Assembly: GCA_963803705.1 (NCBI GenBank)
Contig: CAWDNU010000001.1
Span: forward strand, 128,001 to 192,000
Direction: 5' to 3'
From: an uncultured Pseudobdellovibrionaceae bacterium
GTDB taxonomy: Bacteria; Bdellovibrionota; Bdellovibrionia; Bdellovibrionales; UBA1609
DNA length: 64,000 nucleotides
The notes beneath the pieces are model-generated. The model worked only from the letters and a program-made list of their open reading frames with translations, was not told where the DNA came from and searched no databases. Shown one piece after another: positions 19,096 to 29,583 of this stretch. Made by a program: the position numbers and the translations under genes. How positions within the stretch are numbered: position 1 is the first letter of the stretch; each line of letters opens with the position of its first letter.

Positions 19096-19129
19096 ATGCA
19101 TCGCAGCCAGCATTCGGAACCTGGCACCT
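19096..19129. repeat. REP-like element, half copy 3
   Basis: Reverse complement AGGTGCCAGGTTCCGAATGCTGGCTGCGATGCAT closely matches 8117-8150. Confidence 0.85.
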
Positions 19130-19157
19130 GCTGGAACCTTATGTGGATGATGGGCAA

Positions 19158-20820
<1,663 letters not shown>

Positions 20821-20847
20821 TTAAATGATCTCCTATAATAAAATTTT

Positions 20848-21144
20848 TTAATTAAATACGCCTAAAACGTCTTCTTCTCTCATCATTAAATAGTCATCAC
20901 CGTCTAACTTAAGTTCAGTGCCTGAATATTTTCCGAAAAGAATTGTGTCCCCAACTTTCAGGTCTAAAGGAACTTTTTTTCCATCTTCTAAAATGCGGCC
21001 CTTCCCTGCAGCTACCACTTGACCACGTTGTGGCTTTTCTTTAGCTGAGTCTGGAATGATAATTCCACCAGGTGTTGTCTGGTCTTCTTCCATTCTTTTA
21101 ACTAAAATACGATCGTTTAACGGACGTACACTTACTGTGTTCAT
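20848..21144 (-). CDS. groES: Co-chaperonin GroES
   Basis: 'RPLNDRILV', '[13 protein letters not shown]'. Confidence 0.97.
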   Translation of the reverse strand: MNTVSVRPLNDRILVKRMEEDQTTPGGIIIPDSAKEKPQRGQVVAAGKGRILEDGKKVPLDLKVGDTILFGKYSGTELKLDGDDYLMMREEDVLGVFN

Positions 21145-21185
21145 AGAACCTCCTAAATTTATATTTGTTTATATAACTGGCCTCA

Positions 21186-21213
21186 ATATGTAGCTGAATA
21201 TGGTTGGGTCAAG
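21186..21213 (-). promoter_or_regulatory. Putative sigma-32-type heat-shock promoter
   Basis: CTTGA-N15-CTACATAT upstream of groES. Confidence 0.5.
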
Positions 21214-21372
21214 CGGCCATAAAAATAATATTCATTTTTTTAAAGATTTTCAGCAATTTTGATTAAAAAATAAGCAATTAGGAGACTGACTTAGCAAATC
21301 TTTTTCGATCATATATGATCCTGATACCTAGTTTAGATTTGAAAACTTTTGGCGATCAGTTCTCTTTAGCTG

Positions 21373-22647
21373 CTAAATATCCTTAAGCTGCATGTCAATC
21401 TTACTATTTTCTGTGCTTTGGTTTTTGTCGAGACTTATATCTTCTAAGGATTCTATTCGTCTAGCTTGTGTCAGCACCCTTGTTTGAAAAGAATTTTTTG
21501 CTGTTCTGAATGTCTCTAAGCTTTTTTCGAGCTGCTGCTCTACGGACATAAAGCCCTTTGCAAACGTCATAAGACGCTTTTGCAATTCCTTTGAGTAGTC
21601 GTATATTAATTTAGCATTTTCAGTAACTTTATATTCACCCCAACCCATGTGAATCGCGCGAAGCAAGGCAACTAATGAAGGTGGCGTGGTGATCAAAACT
21701 TTATTGGCCAACGCATATTCAATGATATCTTTTTGCGCCTCTATAGCAGCAAACAAAAAAGACTCGTTGGGCAGAAACATCACCACGTAATCTAAACTTT
21801 CGGCTCCGACGGCTTCGTTGTAAGCTTTTGAACCCAGTTCTCTGATATGTGTTTTTAGTCTTTTTGCGTGTTGGGCTAAATGATCTAATTTTAATTTGTC
21901 ATTGGTCTCGTCAATATATTTTAGATAAAACTCCATTGGTGTTTTTGCGTCAACAATGATGCGCTTTCCACTGGGTAATTTTACAACCATATCTGGCCTA
22001 AACACTTTTTCGTTTTCTTTGAACTCTTGCTGAAAATCAACATCACAAAAGTCAGACATACCTGCTAATTCTACGCAGTTCTTTAGCTGTAGCTCGCCCC
22101 AACGACCGCGGACATTTGGTTTAGACAGCGCATCTTTTAAAGACATTGTCTGCTGACCCAATAAGGTATTTGATTCAATAATATTTTTGATTTGGCTTTC
22201 AACTGAGCCAAGTGTTTTCTCTCTTTCCTTTTCAAATGAACCAAGTGTCGTTTGATAATTTTGAATCTGCTCAAAAAGAAACTTTAACTCTTGCCTAAAA
22301 ACATCATCACGTTTTTTTAATATTTCTCCTTGGGATGAAGACTCTCTTTTAAAATTATCGTCAGCCAACTGCAAAAGTTTTTTCGTCTTGTCCTCTAGTA
22401 CTTCAGCTGACTTTATTTTAAATAACTCTTCTAGCTCGCGGCTAAGGTCTTGGGCCAAAGTTTTTCTGGCTTCAAGCTCACCAGTTAAAAATTCATTTTT
22501 AAATTCAAGTTCACTAATTTTTTGATAACCTAGTTCAACTTTAATCTTTAGTTTTTTTGTCTGAACCGATCTTAAGTTCCACGTGATTATAATTCCAAGC
22601 ATAAACCCAGCGGACAGTAAAAATGCAGTTGTCTCTAAAAATGGCAT
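21373..22647 (-). CDS. rmuC: DNA recombination protein RmuC
   Basis: 'RGRWGELQL', 'RPDMVVKLP...VDAK', 'VMFLPNES'. Confidence 0.93.
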   Translation of the reverse strand: MPFLETTAFLLSAGFMLGIIITWNLRSVQTKKLKIKVELGYQKISELEFKNEFLTGELEARKTLAQDLSRELEELFKIKSAEVLEDKTKKLLQLADDNFKRESSSQGEILKKRDDVFRQELKFLFEQIQNYQTTLGSFEKEREKTLGSVESQIKNIIESNTLLGQQTMSLKDALSKPNVRGRWGELQLKNCVELAGMSDFCDVDFQQEFKENEKVFRPDMVVKLPSGKRIIVDAKTPMEFYLKYIDETNDKLKLDHLAQHAKRLKTHIRELGSKAYNEAVGAESLDYVVMFLPNESFLFAAIEAQKDIIEYALANKVLITTPPSLVALLRAIHMGWGEYKVTENAKLIYDYSKELQKRLMTFAKGFMSVEQQLEKSLETFRTAKNSFQTRVLTQARRIESLEDISLDKNQSTENSKIDMQLKDI

Positions 22648-22791
22648 AATTCCCTTTGTCCTTAGACTGTCTAGTTTTTTAAACCTAAATTACCAGAAAC
22701 TAAGTAGCAAGTTATATAAGCTGACTTTAAAGTTCTTTTTTTTACAGTCGAATTAAGTTAACTTCATTCTTTTGAATTTAGAGGGTCATCT

Positions 22792-23991
22792 ATGGAAATA
22801 CCATTACTAACCAGCTTGCTGCTACTTATTGTTTTTGCCAGGCTTATGGGGCGGTTGTTTGTTAAGTACAACCAGCCTGAAATTGTTGGCGAAATGCTAG
22901 CTGGAATTTTGTTAGGACCCACTGTATTTAATTTAATCACCGGATCTGTAGCACTTTCAGCAATTTCTGAGTTAGCAGTTTTTCTTGTTGTGCTTTCTGC
23001 TGGACTTGAAATGAACTTTAAAGATGTCATTCAAGCCTTGAAGGGAAAGGGCCTGGTTATTGCCATAATCGCATTTATTTTGCCACTAGTGCTTGGAACA
23101 TCTGTTGGACTTCTTTTTAATTATAACACCATTGTTTCCGTTTTTATCGGCTTATGCTGTTCAATTACGGCCTTACCTATAGCGGTTAAGATGCTTGAAA
23201 ATTTCGACCTGCTTAAAACAGACGTTGCAAAATATTCAGTTGCGACCGCCATAATTAACGATGTGGTCTCGCTACTAGCACTGGGTGTTTTGTTGGATCT
23301 TCCAGGTGAAAAGTCGTTTGCTTCAATTGCTTACTCTGTCGGCTTTACCGGAGGCAAGCTAGTTTTGTTAGCATCATTTATTTTACTTATTAACTACGGT
23401 TTAGAGTATGCTCAGGCTAGAGGTCTACAGATCCGCCGAACTACAGAAAAACTAATTAAAATGTTTGGTAGCGAAGCCTTATTTGGAATACTAATACTAT
23501 TTGTTTTAGTATTTGGGTCTGCCAGTGAAACTTTAGGTTTCCATTTTGTTATTGGGGCTTTTTTTGGTGCTTTATTAGTTGATAAAGACTTCTTTTTTGT
23601 CTCAACCTATCACGAGTTAGAAAGAACTTTAGGCTCGATAACTAACGGCTTTCTTGGCCCTGTATTTTTCGCCTATTTAGGTTTGGAATTTGACATTATT
23701 GAAATCGATTCTTTTGCATTCGTGATCACACTGCTCATAGCCATTTTTTTTGCGAAAACTGCATCTGGCTGGATCGGTGGTCGTCTAATAGGTCTGGACA
23801 ATATAACATCTACAAAAATCGGTTTTGTATTAAACGGTCGAGGAGTCATGGATCTGGTGATTGCCAGCGTGGCATTTAAAAGAGGCTTTATCGATCAGGG
23901 TCTGTATTCCGCACTACTAATTCTAGGTATAGTGACCACAATGATCACTCCAATTATCTATAAGAGAGTGCTTAAAACTAAATTAGCGTGA
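22792..23991 (+). CDS. Cation:proton antiporter (CPA2 family)
   Basis: 'QPEIVGEMLAGILLGP', 'INDVV', 'RG.MDLV'; many transmembrane helices. Confidence 0.9.
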   Translation: MEIPLLTSLLLLIVFARLMGRLFVKYNQPEIVGEMLAGILLGPTVFNLITGSVALSAISELAVFLVVLSAGLEMNFKDVIQALKGKGLVIAIIAFILPLVLGTSVGLLFNYNTIVSVFIGLCCSITALPIAVKMLENFDLLKTDVAKYSVATAIINDVVSLLALGVLLDLPGEKSFASIAYSVGFTGGKLVLLASFILLINYGLEYAQARGLQIRRTTEKLIKMFGSEALFGILILFVLVFGSASETLGFHFVIGAFFGALLVDKDFFFVSTYHELERTLGSITNGFLGPVFFAYLGLEFDIIEIDSFAFVITLLIAIFFAKTASGWIGGRLIGLDNITSTKIGFVLNGRGVMDLVIASVAFKRGFIDQGLYSALLILGIVTTMITPIIYKRVLKTKLA

Positions 23992-24020
23992 TGTGGATAA
24001 ATTAATACAAGGGCTTAAAA

Positions 24021-24096
24021 TGGCTCAGATGGAGGGATTCGAACCCCCGACAGGGTGATTAACAGTCACCTGCTCTACCAGCTGAGCTACATCTGA
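24021..24096 (-). tRNA. tRNA-Asn(GTT)
   Basis: Cloverleaf; anticodon arm GGTGA-CTGTTAA-TCACC; T-loop GTTCGAATC; CCA end. Confidence 0.97.
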
Positions 24097-24229
24097 ACTG
24101 AACAGTAATTATTAGGCCAAGCCCAGAATTAAGTCAACTTTAGTAGACATCCAAATTCGCCGAATTGTATACTTAAACGTATATTATTTTGAATTAAACT
24201 CTGTTCTTACAAATCCATAAGGGGATAAA

Positions 24230-24397
24230 ATGTTTAAAATATTTGCTTTGAATATTATTGCCGCAGTTTTTTTGACTTCATGCACACATTCTGGTCACAG
24301 TGATCATTCACACAGCAAGTCCAAGGAAAAAACTGAGGCATGCAAATTGGGTGACGCTTGCAAAGATTCAGTCAAAAAAAACTGCTGCAAAAGTTAG
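24230..24397 (+). CDS. 55-aa His/Cys-rich lipoprotein (absent from ORF track)
   Basis: AAGGGG RBS; MFKIFALNIIAAVFLTS|CTHSGHSDHSH...C...C...CCKS. Confidence 0.75.
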   Translation: MFKIFALNIIAAVFLTSCTHSGHSDHSHSKSKEKTEACKLGDACKDSVKKNCCKS

Positions 24398-24432
24398 ACC
24401 TCATTCAAATAAAATCGATGCGGCCGGAAGCC

Positions 24433-24660
24433 TTAGTTTTTAGTCCTTCCCACTGGAATTTTCATCTCTCTATAGGGACGGCCTTTAAAGCCATCTTCTT
24501 GCTTTTGTTCCCTCAGTATTGGATTCTTACCTTTGTGATGCTGGTCTAAATAATAAAGCACAGCGCCCAATGCTATAGACAAAGAAATAATTCTTAGAAT
24601 CCAAATTTTAGAGTTGAATTCATTTTTGTGTCTGTGAATTTGTTTTTCTAAGTAGTCCAT
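24433..24660 (-). CDS. Small membrane hypothetical protein
   Basis: AGGTG RBS; single hydrophobic helix. Confidence 0.6.
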   Translation of the reverse strand: MDYLEKQIHRHKNEFNSKIWILRIISLSIALGAVLYYLDQHHKGKNPILREQKQEDGFKGRPYREMKIPVGRTKN

Positions 24661-24674
24661 TGATTCACCTATTT

Positions 24675-25400
24675 TTAATTCTCTAAGGGGTTTTTAACTC
24701 TTTCTAAAAGTTTGAACTCTTCATCTAATTTTTTATAAATTTCAGAGCTGAACTCGGTTCCACCCAACTCCATCAACAAGGGTGGTTTGTCTGGATATAT
24801 CAGAAGCCTTAGGGAATCAGGGTCTAAGTTCAAAGTCAGATAAATCAATAGCTTAATAAAATCAGTATTGGTCTGAATAAAACTGCTACTAATTGGCTTT
24901 TCTGAAATTAAATATGGGTCTTTTTGTAGAGCTTCGAAATCTAGCCGTTGATAGTCTTTATAACTTTTAGGAGGATACAAAACTCTTACAAAGAGGCCTC
25001 TGTCTTTTATGTAACCAACGTAGTCAATTTTGTAGATTCCCTCGGCAGGAGTAAGTTGAGTTAACTTATCCCTTAAGCCGTATCCTGGGCTTAGGTTTTT
25101 AAAACTTAGCTTGAAGAAAAATTTTTTCTGTCCATCATTTAGAACTGCCTCTATTTCTCTTTTGTTTTTAAAGAAAAAGAAGTCCGCTGAAACAATTTTT
25201 TCAACTTCAATTCCAGGAGCTACATTTTTAATATATGTCTTGGCGTCCAAATTTATTTTTACATTTAGCTCTTCATCGGTGATATCAGATTTGATTCGCT
25301 GTCCTTCAACCAGAGCCTTTTTTGCGAACTGCGCCACGAACATACCTGATATAAAAACAACAAAGATAATAAGCAGAATGTGATGAACTTTTATTTTCAT
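24675..25400 (-). CDS. Hypothetical membrane-anchored protein
   Basis: 241-aa ORF with N-terminal transmembrane helix. Confidence 0.7.
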   Translation of the reverse strand: MKIKVHHILLIIFVVFISGMFVAQFAKKALVEGQRIKSDITDEELNVKINLDAKTYIKNVAPGIEVEKIVSADFFFFKNKREIEAVLNDGQKKFFFKLSFKNLSPGYGLRDKLTQLTPAEGIYKIDYVGYIKDRGLFVRVLYPPKSYKDYQRLDFEALQKDPYLISEKPISSSFIQTNTDFIKLLIYLTLNLDPDSLRLLIYPDKPPLLMELGGTEFSSEIYKKLDEEFKLLERVKNPLEN

Positions 25401-25541
25401 AGTATAAGTTTAGAAGACTCACCTAGCTGCGCCAAGCACAAAATCACCGAGAATCTTTAATGAATAGAAATATGTAAAAAAGTTGTTAACTTGTGCCTAG
25501 GCTTGGCCAATGCCTAAAACTAAGATTGTCGGAAAGTAAAA

Positions 25542-25618
25542 TGGCGCGCTCGGAAGGATTCGAACCTCCGACCACTTGATTCGTAGTCAAGTACTCTATC
25601 CAGCTGAGCTACGAGCGC
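25542..25618 (-). tRNA. tRNA-Arg(ACG)
   Basis: Cloverleaf; anticodon arm CTTGA-CTACGAA-TCAAG; CCA end. Confidence 0.97.
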
Positions 25619-25797
25619 TTATGAATCTTGTTTAACAAAATCAACCCAAAATGCAAGAGAGTCTTTAAATTTCAGCAATGACATCACAGATGTTGGGTAT
25701 TAAAGGCATAAAAAAGGTTAAACTATGGGCTTATTACAGGCTTGATTTTGCTTTATTAATCTGGGACAAAACAAGCAAGCCAAAGCATTTTAAAAAC

Positions 25798-25889
25798 GGA
25801 AGAGTGGGTGAGTGGCTTAAACCAGCAGATTGCTAATCTGTCGTACGGATAAAACCGTACCGGGGGTTCGAATCCCCCCTCTTCCGCCA
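25798..25889 (+). tRNA. tRNA-Ser(GCT)
   Basis: Long variable arm; anticodon arm GCAGA-TTGCTAA-TCTGT; CCA end. Confidence 0.97.
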
Positions 25890-25942
25890 TTCCCAACCTT
25901 CGGTAAAGAATAAAGTTACCAATTACTGCACAGTTATCTAGT

Positions 25943-26066
25943 GGGCCTGTTGAAAAGTATTAGATTCTAGGCGTCCAAGCTTAAAATCGAATGAGTCGTA
26001 GTTTATCTACGTCGAATGAGATTTAAGCGAAGGCAACAACGAAGATGATGCTTTTTCAACAGGCCC
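25943..26066. mobile_element. MITE/REP-like palindromic element D (~124 bp)
   Basis: Terminal inverted repeat GGGCCTGTTGAAAA/TTTTCAACAGGCCC with nested stems GCTTAAA(A)TC/GATTTAAGC and CGTAG/CTACG. Confidence 0.7.
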
Positions 26067-26087
26067 TAGTACTATTAGCTTCTAGTA

Positions 26088-27527
26088 CTAACATTTTGGT
26101 CTGGCTGCATCTTTAAATGCAAAGCCGACTATTAAACCAGTAGTCATTCCGATAGCGACTTCATAAATTATATAGCTTAAGCCCAGCTCTCTCCAGAGTG
26201 TTGTTGAAATGGCGCTAGCTAAAATCATAAATATCAAGGTCTTTGGACTTATTTGATGTCCCAATGATTTAAGGATCAGGACCGGAGCAAAGCAAGCTGA
26301 AAGTAGCCCACCAAAAATGACAACTAGTTGAAATACGGTATTCTTAGAAAACACAGCTAATCCAAGCGCAAGGGTTGAAAGTGCTAGGGTCGCCAATTTT
26401 GCCGCTGTGTAAGAATTCTTGAGTTTTGGAATTAGGTCTCGTGTTAAAGTTGCAGACGAACTTAAAATAAGTGAGTCTGCTGTAGACATAGTTGAAGCGA
26501 ACAAACCGGCTAGGATTACACCTACTAAAATATCGGGTAAAATCAATTTTGATAATAAGGGAAGCGCCATTTCATACTCGCCAACAGAAAGAAATGGCAG
26601 TAGGACTCTAGCACTTAAGCCTATGCCAATAGCCAGGGCGTAAAGTGAAATATAATATACGTAGTAGTATAGTCTAGCACGATTGATTAAATCTATTTTT
26701 TTTAAAGTCATGAACCTAATCATTACATGAGGCTGTCCTGCGACTCCCATTCCTCCTGCAAACCAACCTGCAAAAATTAACGCCAAAAACCAAAGTTGAT
26801 TACCATGCATGTCTGGCGGGAACAAAGATATATAGCCACCCGGAACATTAGCAAGAGCAACAGACCAATCGGCAAATCCACCTGACTGAGCGATTGCTGC
26901 TACTAATAAAATTGCCATAGCTAACATCATCACTAAAGCCTGTAATGCATCCGTCCAAATAGAGGCCCTGATGCCTCCCGAAAAGCAGTAGAGCGCAATA
27001 AGAATAGTTGTTGCCAGTGCTCCAAGCCAGTAATCTATATTTAAAACAGATTCTAAGGCCTTACCCGAAGACATGATTTGAGCAGATGAATAACCGACAA
27101 GGGCTATTATTGCGACTGTAGAAACAATTGCTCTAGCAGCGTTTAAAGACTGTAATGACTCTTTGTTTTTAAAATCTAGTAAGGCTTCAACATAACTTTC
27201 ATGTTTTTCTAAACCACTTTGTGCACGAAGCTTTCGATGGGTAATCTGAGACACAAAAATATCACCAGCGATTAGACCCAACATAATCCAAATTGATGAA
27301 AGTCCCCTTTCGTAAGTAAATCCAATCTGACCTATAAACATAAAGCCACTGCACCACGATGCTACTGCAGAGATTCCTACCAAAGACGGGGAAACGCTTT
27401 GCCCCGCAATTAAATAGTCTGATGTCTTTTTTTCCGCATAAAAATGGGAGGCCAAACCAACTAATAAAAAAAAGCTCAGTGAAAAAGCGAAACTAAGAGT
27501 CAACATAACTAAAAAAATATATTCCAT
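26088..27527 (-). CDS. Sodium:solute (proline-type) symporter
   Basis: 'DY.IAG', 'GG.RAS.WTD..Q', 'GQPHVMIRFM', 'MSTADS'. Confidence 0.9.
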   Translation of the reverse strand: MEYIFLVMLTLSFAFSLSFFLLVGLASHFYAEKKTSDYLIAGQSVSPSLVGISAVASWCSGFMFIGQIGFTYERGLSSIWIMLGLIAGDIFVSQITHRKLRAQSGLEKHESYVEALLDFKNKESLQSLNAARAIVSTVAIIALVGYSSAQIMSSGKALESVLNIDYWLGALATTILIALYCFSGGIRASIWTDALQALVMMLAMAILLVAAIAQSGGFADWSVALANVPGGYISLFPPDMHGNQLWFLALIFAGWFAGGMGVAGQPHVMIRFMTLKKIDLINRARLYYYVYYISLYALAIGIGLSARVLLPFLSVGEYEMALPLLSKLILPDILVGVILAGLFASTMSTADSLILSSSATLTRDLIPKLKNSYTAAKLATLALSTLALGLAVFSKNTVFQLVVIFGGLLSACFAPVLILKSLGHQISPKTLIFMILASAISTTLWRELGLSYIIYEVAIGMTTGLIVGFAFKDAARPKC

Positions 27528-27703
27528 TCAAGCAACAATAAGTAGTGGCAAAGATTCAAAGTAGTTTGTCGCCCGAAAGCTAGGGGGTAGCTAGGGGGTA
27601 GTCATGGTGTCTAAATATTGGTGAGCTGATATCTAAATTGACAAAATATTATACGATTCAATTATAAGTATTTGAAATAATTGATTTTTTTTCACTCGCC
27701 CAT

Positions 27704-27719
27704 TGGCTCTCTTTTTGCT
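27704..27719 (+). promoter_or_regulatory. Putative sigma-54 -24/-12 promoter
   Basis: TGGC-N7-TTGCT about 12 nt before the M23 gene ATG. Confidence 0.55.
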
Positions 27720-27730
27720 TTTAATGGGTT

Positions 27731-29176
27731 ATGGGCAAATACTTTGATCTGAATGTTCATATTGATAAGACTGTTAATCTAGCTCTAGCCTTGAGCTTAG
27801 GTCTATTTTTTTCGTCCAACGTAAGCTTAGCAAATGGGCGAGTTAGAAAGTGCTATATAAAAGACAATTACAATACTTACTCTGATCCAACTCGAAGAGA
27901 AGATTCAAGGGTTAACACAGAAGCTGGGCTTACCGATTGTAGAAAAGTAAATGAATCTTCATATGAGGTTGTAGTAAATGGCGAGCATCTTTATGTCCAC
28001 CCCTCAGCTATCGATATTGTTAGAACTCGGCAACTGTATTCTACTGTTCTTAGTCCTTCCGGTAGCGCATCTGAAGAAAGGTCTCGAGCAGCCAGAATGC
28101 AAATGATCAGGTTGGGTGGACCGGCTAGATTAGATAACAGTTATTCACCACCGTCGTTCACTAGAGTTGAGACTAATGTTGAAACAGCAAATTCGATTCT
28201 ACCAACATCTGGTTTAACTGTTGGTTTAACTGTAGCTAAAAGCGAGGTGCCCTCAGGGTTTGGCGCTGGTAATAGAATTACTACTTTAGAAAGCCAAAGC
28301 TGGGTCGCAGTTAGGGGTCAACCCTACCAGAGCTCTGAATTTAGTTGCCCAGCGGGCTTATCGAAAACTAGGTGTGAAAATGCCCAGGCTATTAACCAAG
28401 ATGTTGAACTTATTTTAACTGGCAAACGCGAATTCGATAGAGACAATCGAAATTGGTACGTCGAAGCAAGCTACAGCCACGAAGGTCAAAATTTCACTGG
28501 GTGGTTTGATGAAAAGCAAACTACTCTTAATCCTGGAGAGGCAGAGGTAAGACAGCAAACAGCTATCAGACATCAGGAAGCTTGGAGAAGACTAAATGAA
28601 GTTGCTAGGTCTGAAAAAAACTTTACTTTGCAACAGTCATTACTAAGTCAGCAGGCAAGAGCTGAAACTCTTGCCAGACTGCGCGTTAGAACAGAAGACT
28701 TTGAAGTGGCTAGAGATGAAAACGCTGTAAGTGCACCGGTTTGTGAGTGTAAAAGAGCAAGTGGTTGCAGGGTATCGAGCGGCTATGGTCCAAGAACAGC
28801 TTTTAGGACTACAAACGGAAGGAGATCTTCAAGTAACCACCGCGCTTGGGACATAAGTGGAGGTCAAAATACTCCAATAGTGGCTGTGAAAAGTGGTAGG
28901 GTAACCTCTGTTGGAACTAGGGGTGGCTGGGGTAAGACTATAACTATTATTGATGATAATGGGCTTGAAATAAGATATTCACATCTTGCTTCCTACAGCG
29001 TGAGAAGGGGAGAAAGGGTGCGATCCGGCGAACAAATAGGTAGAATGGGATCGACTGGTAACGTTACTGGCCCTCATTTAGATATAGGTTTTAAGTTAAA
29101 TGGAAGACATATTGATCCTGGCCAGTATCTATCTAAAAGTCGAAGTTTCTTAAATCAAAGGTGTGAGGTTATATAA
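27731..29176 (+). CDS. Secreted protein with C-terminal M23 peptidase domain
   Basis: 'SSGYGPR', 'HRAWD', 'YSHL', 'GSTGNVTGPHLD'; signal peptide. Confidence 0.88.
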   Translation: MGKYFDLNVHIDKTVNLALALSLGLFFSSNVSLANGRVRKCYIKDNYNTYSDPTRREDSRVNTEAGLTDCRKVNESSYEVVVNGEHLYVHPSAIDIVRTRQLYSTVLSPSGSASEERSRAARMQMIRLGGPARLDNSYSPPSFTRVETNVETANSILPTSGLTVGLTVAKSEVPSGFGAGNRITTLESQSWVAVRGQPYQSSEFSCPAGLSKTRCENAQAINQDVELILTGKREFDRDNRNWYVEASYSHEGQNFTGWFDEKQTTLNPGEAEVRQQTAIRHQEAWRRLNEVARSEKNFTLQQSLLSQQARAETLARLRVRTEDFEVARDENAVSAPVCECKRASGCRVSSGYGPRTAFRTTNGRRSSSNHRAWDISGGQNTPIVAVKSGRVTSVGTRGGWGKTITIIDDNGLEIRYSHLASYSVRRGERVRSGEQIGRMGSTGNVTGPHLDIGFKLNGRHIDPGQYLSKSRSFLNQRCEVI

Positions 29177-29177
29177 T

Positions 29178-29537
29178 ATGAAACATGGAGTAGTGGTTTT
29201 TATTATTTTGATCAGTTCTATTTGCGCCAATGCAAAAGGAAACTCTTCAGCTTCACAGATAAAAAATAAATGTATTGAAGCCTTTAAAGAGAATATGAAG
29301 GATAAGACAAATTCCTTTTGCATTTGCTACACTTATAATATTTTGCATCTAATTTCTCCGGTTCAAACTACACCTATTTTAAAATGGTTGAATAATGAGA
29401 TGTCTGAAGCTGAACAGCTAAAGCAAGAGCCGCTTATCGACATGGAATATGAAATAACTAAGCAGTGTGCTAGCGATAAAAAATGGGTGGCGGAAAAAAT
29501 TCTTAATATGAAGAAGAAAAGATCTAAGACCAAATAA
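29178..29537 (+). CDS. Small secreted hypothetical protein
   Basis: ATG 1 nt after the M23 stop; signal peptide ..ICANA; several Cys. Confidence 0.7.
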   Translation: MKHGVVVFIILISSICANAKGNSSASQIKNKCIEAFKENMKDKTNSFCICYTYNILHLISPVQTTPILKWLNNEMSEAEQLKQEPLIDMEYEITKQCASDKKWVAEKILNMKKKRSKTK

Positions 29538-29583
29538 TTTATTTAAATACGGGCCTGAACATAATAGCCAACTAAATTAAAAT

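Noticed and set aside
21150..21370. CIRCE element upstream of groES
   Set aside because: No TTAGCACTC-N9-GAGTGCTAA present
23992..24000. TGTGGATAA DnaA box (also TTATCCACA at 12532)
   Set aside because: Isolated boxes with no cluster or unwinding element; not oriC
22792..29537. tRNA-anchored genomic island or prophage
   Set aside because: Accessory-looking genes, but no integrase, no phage genes and no duplicated tRNA 3' end found
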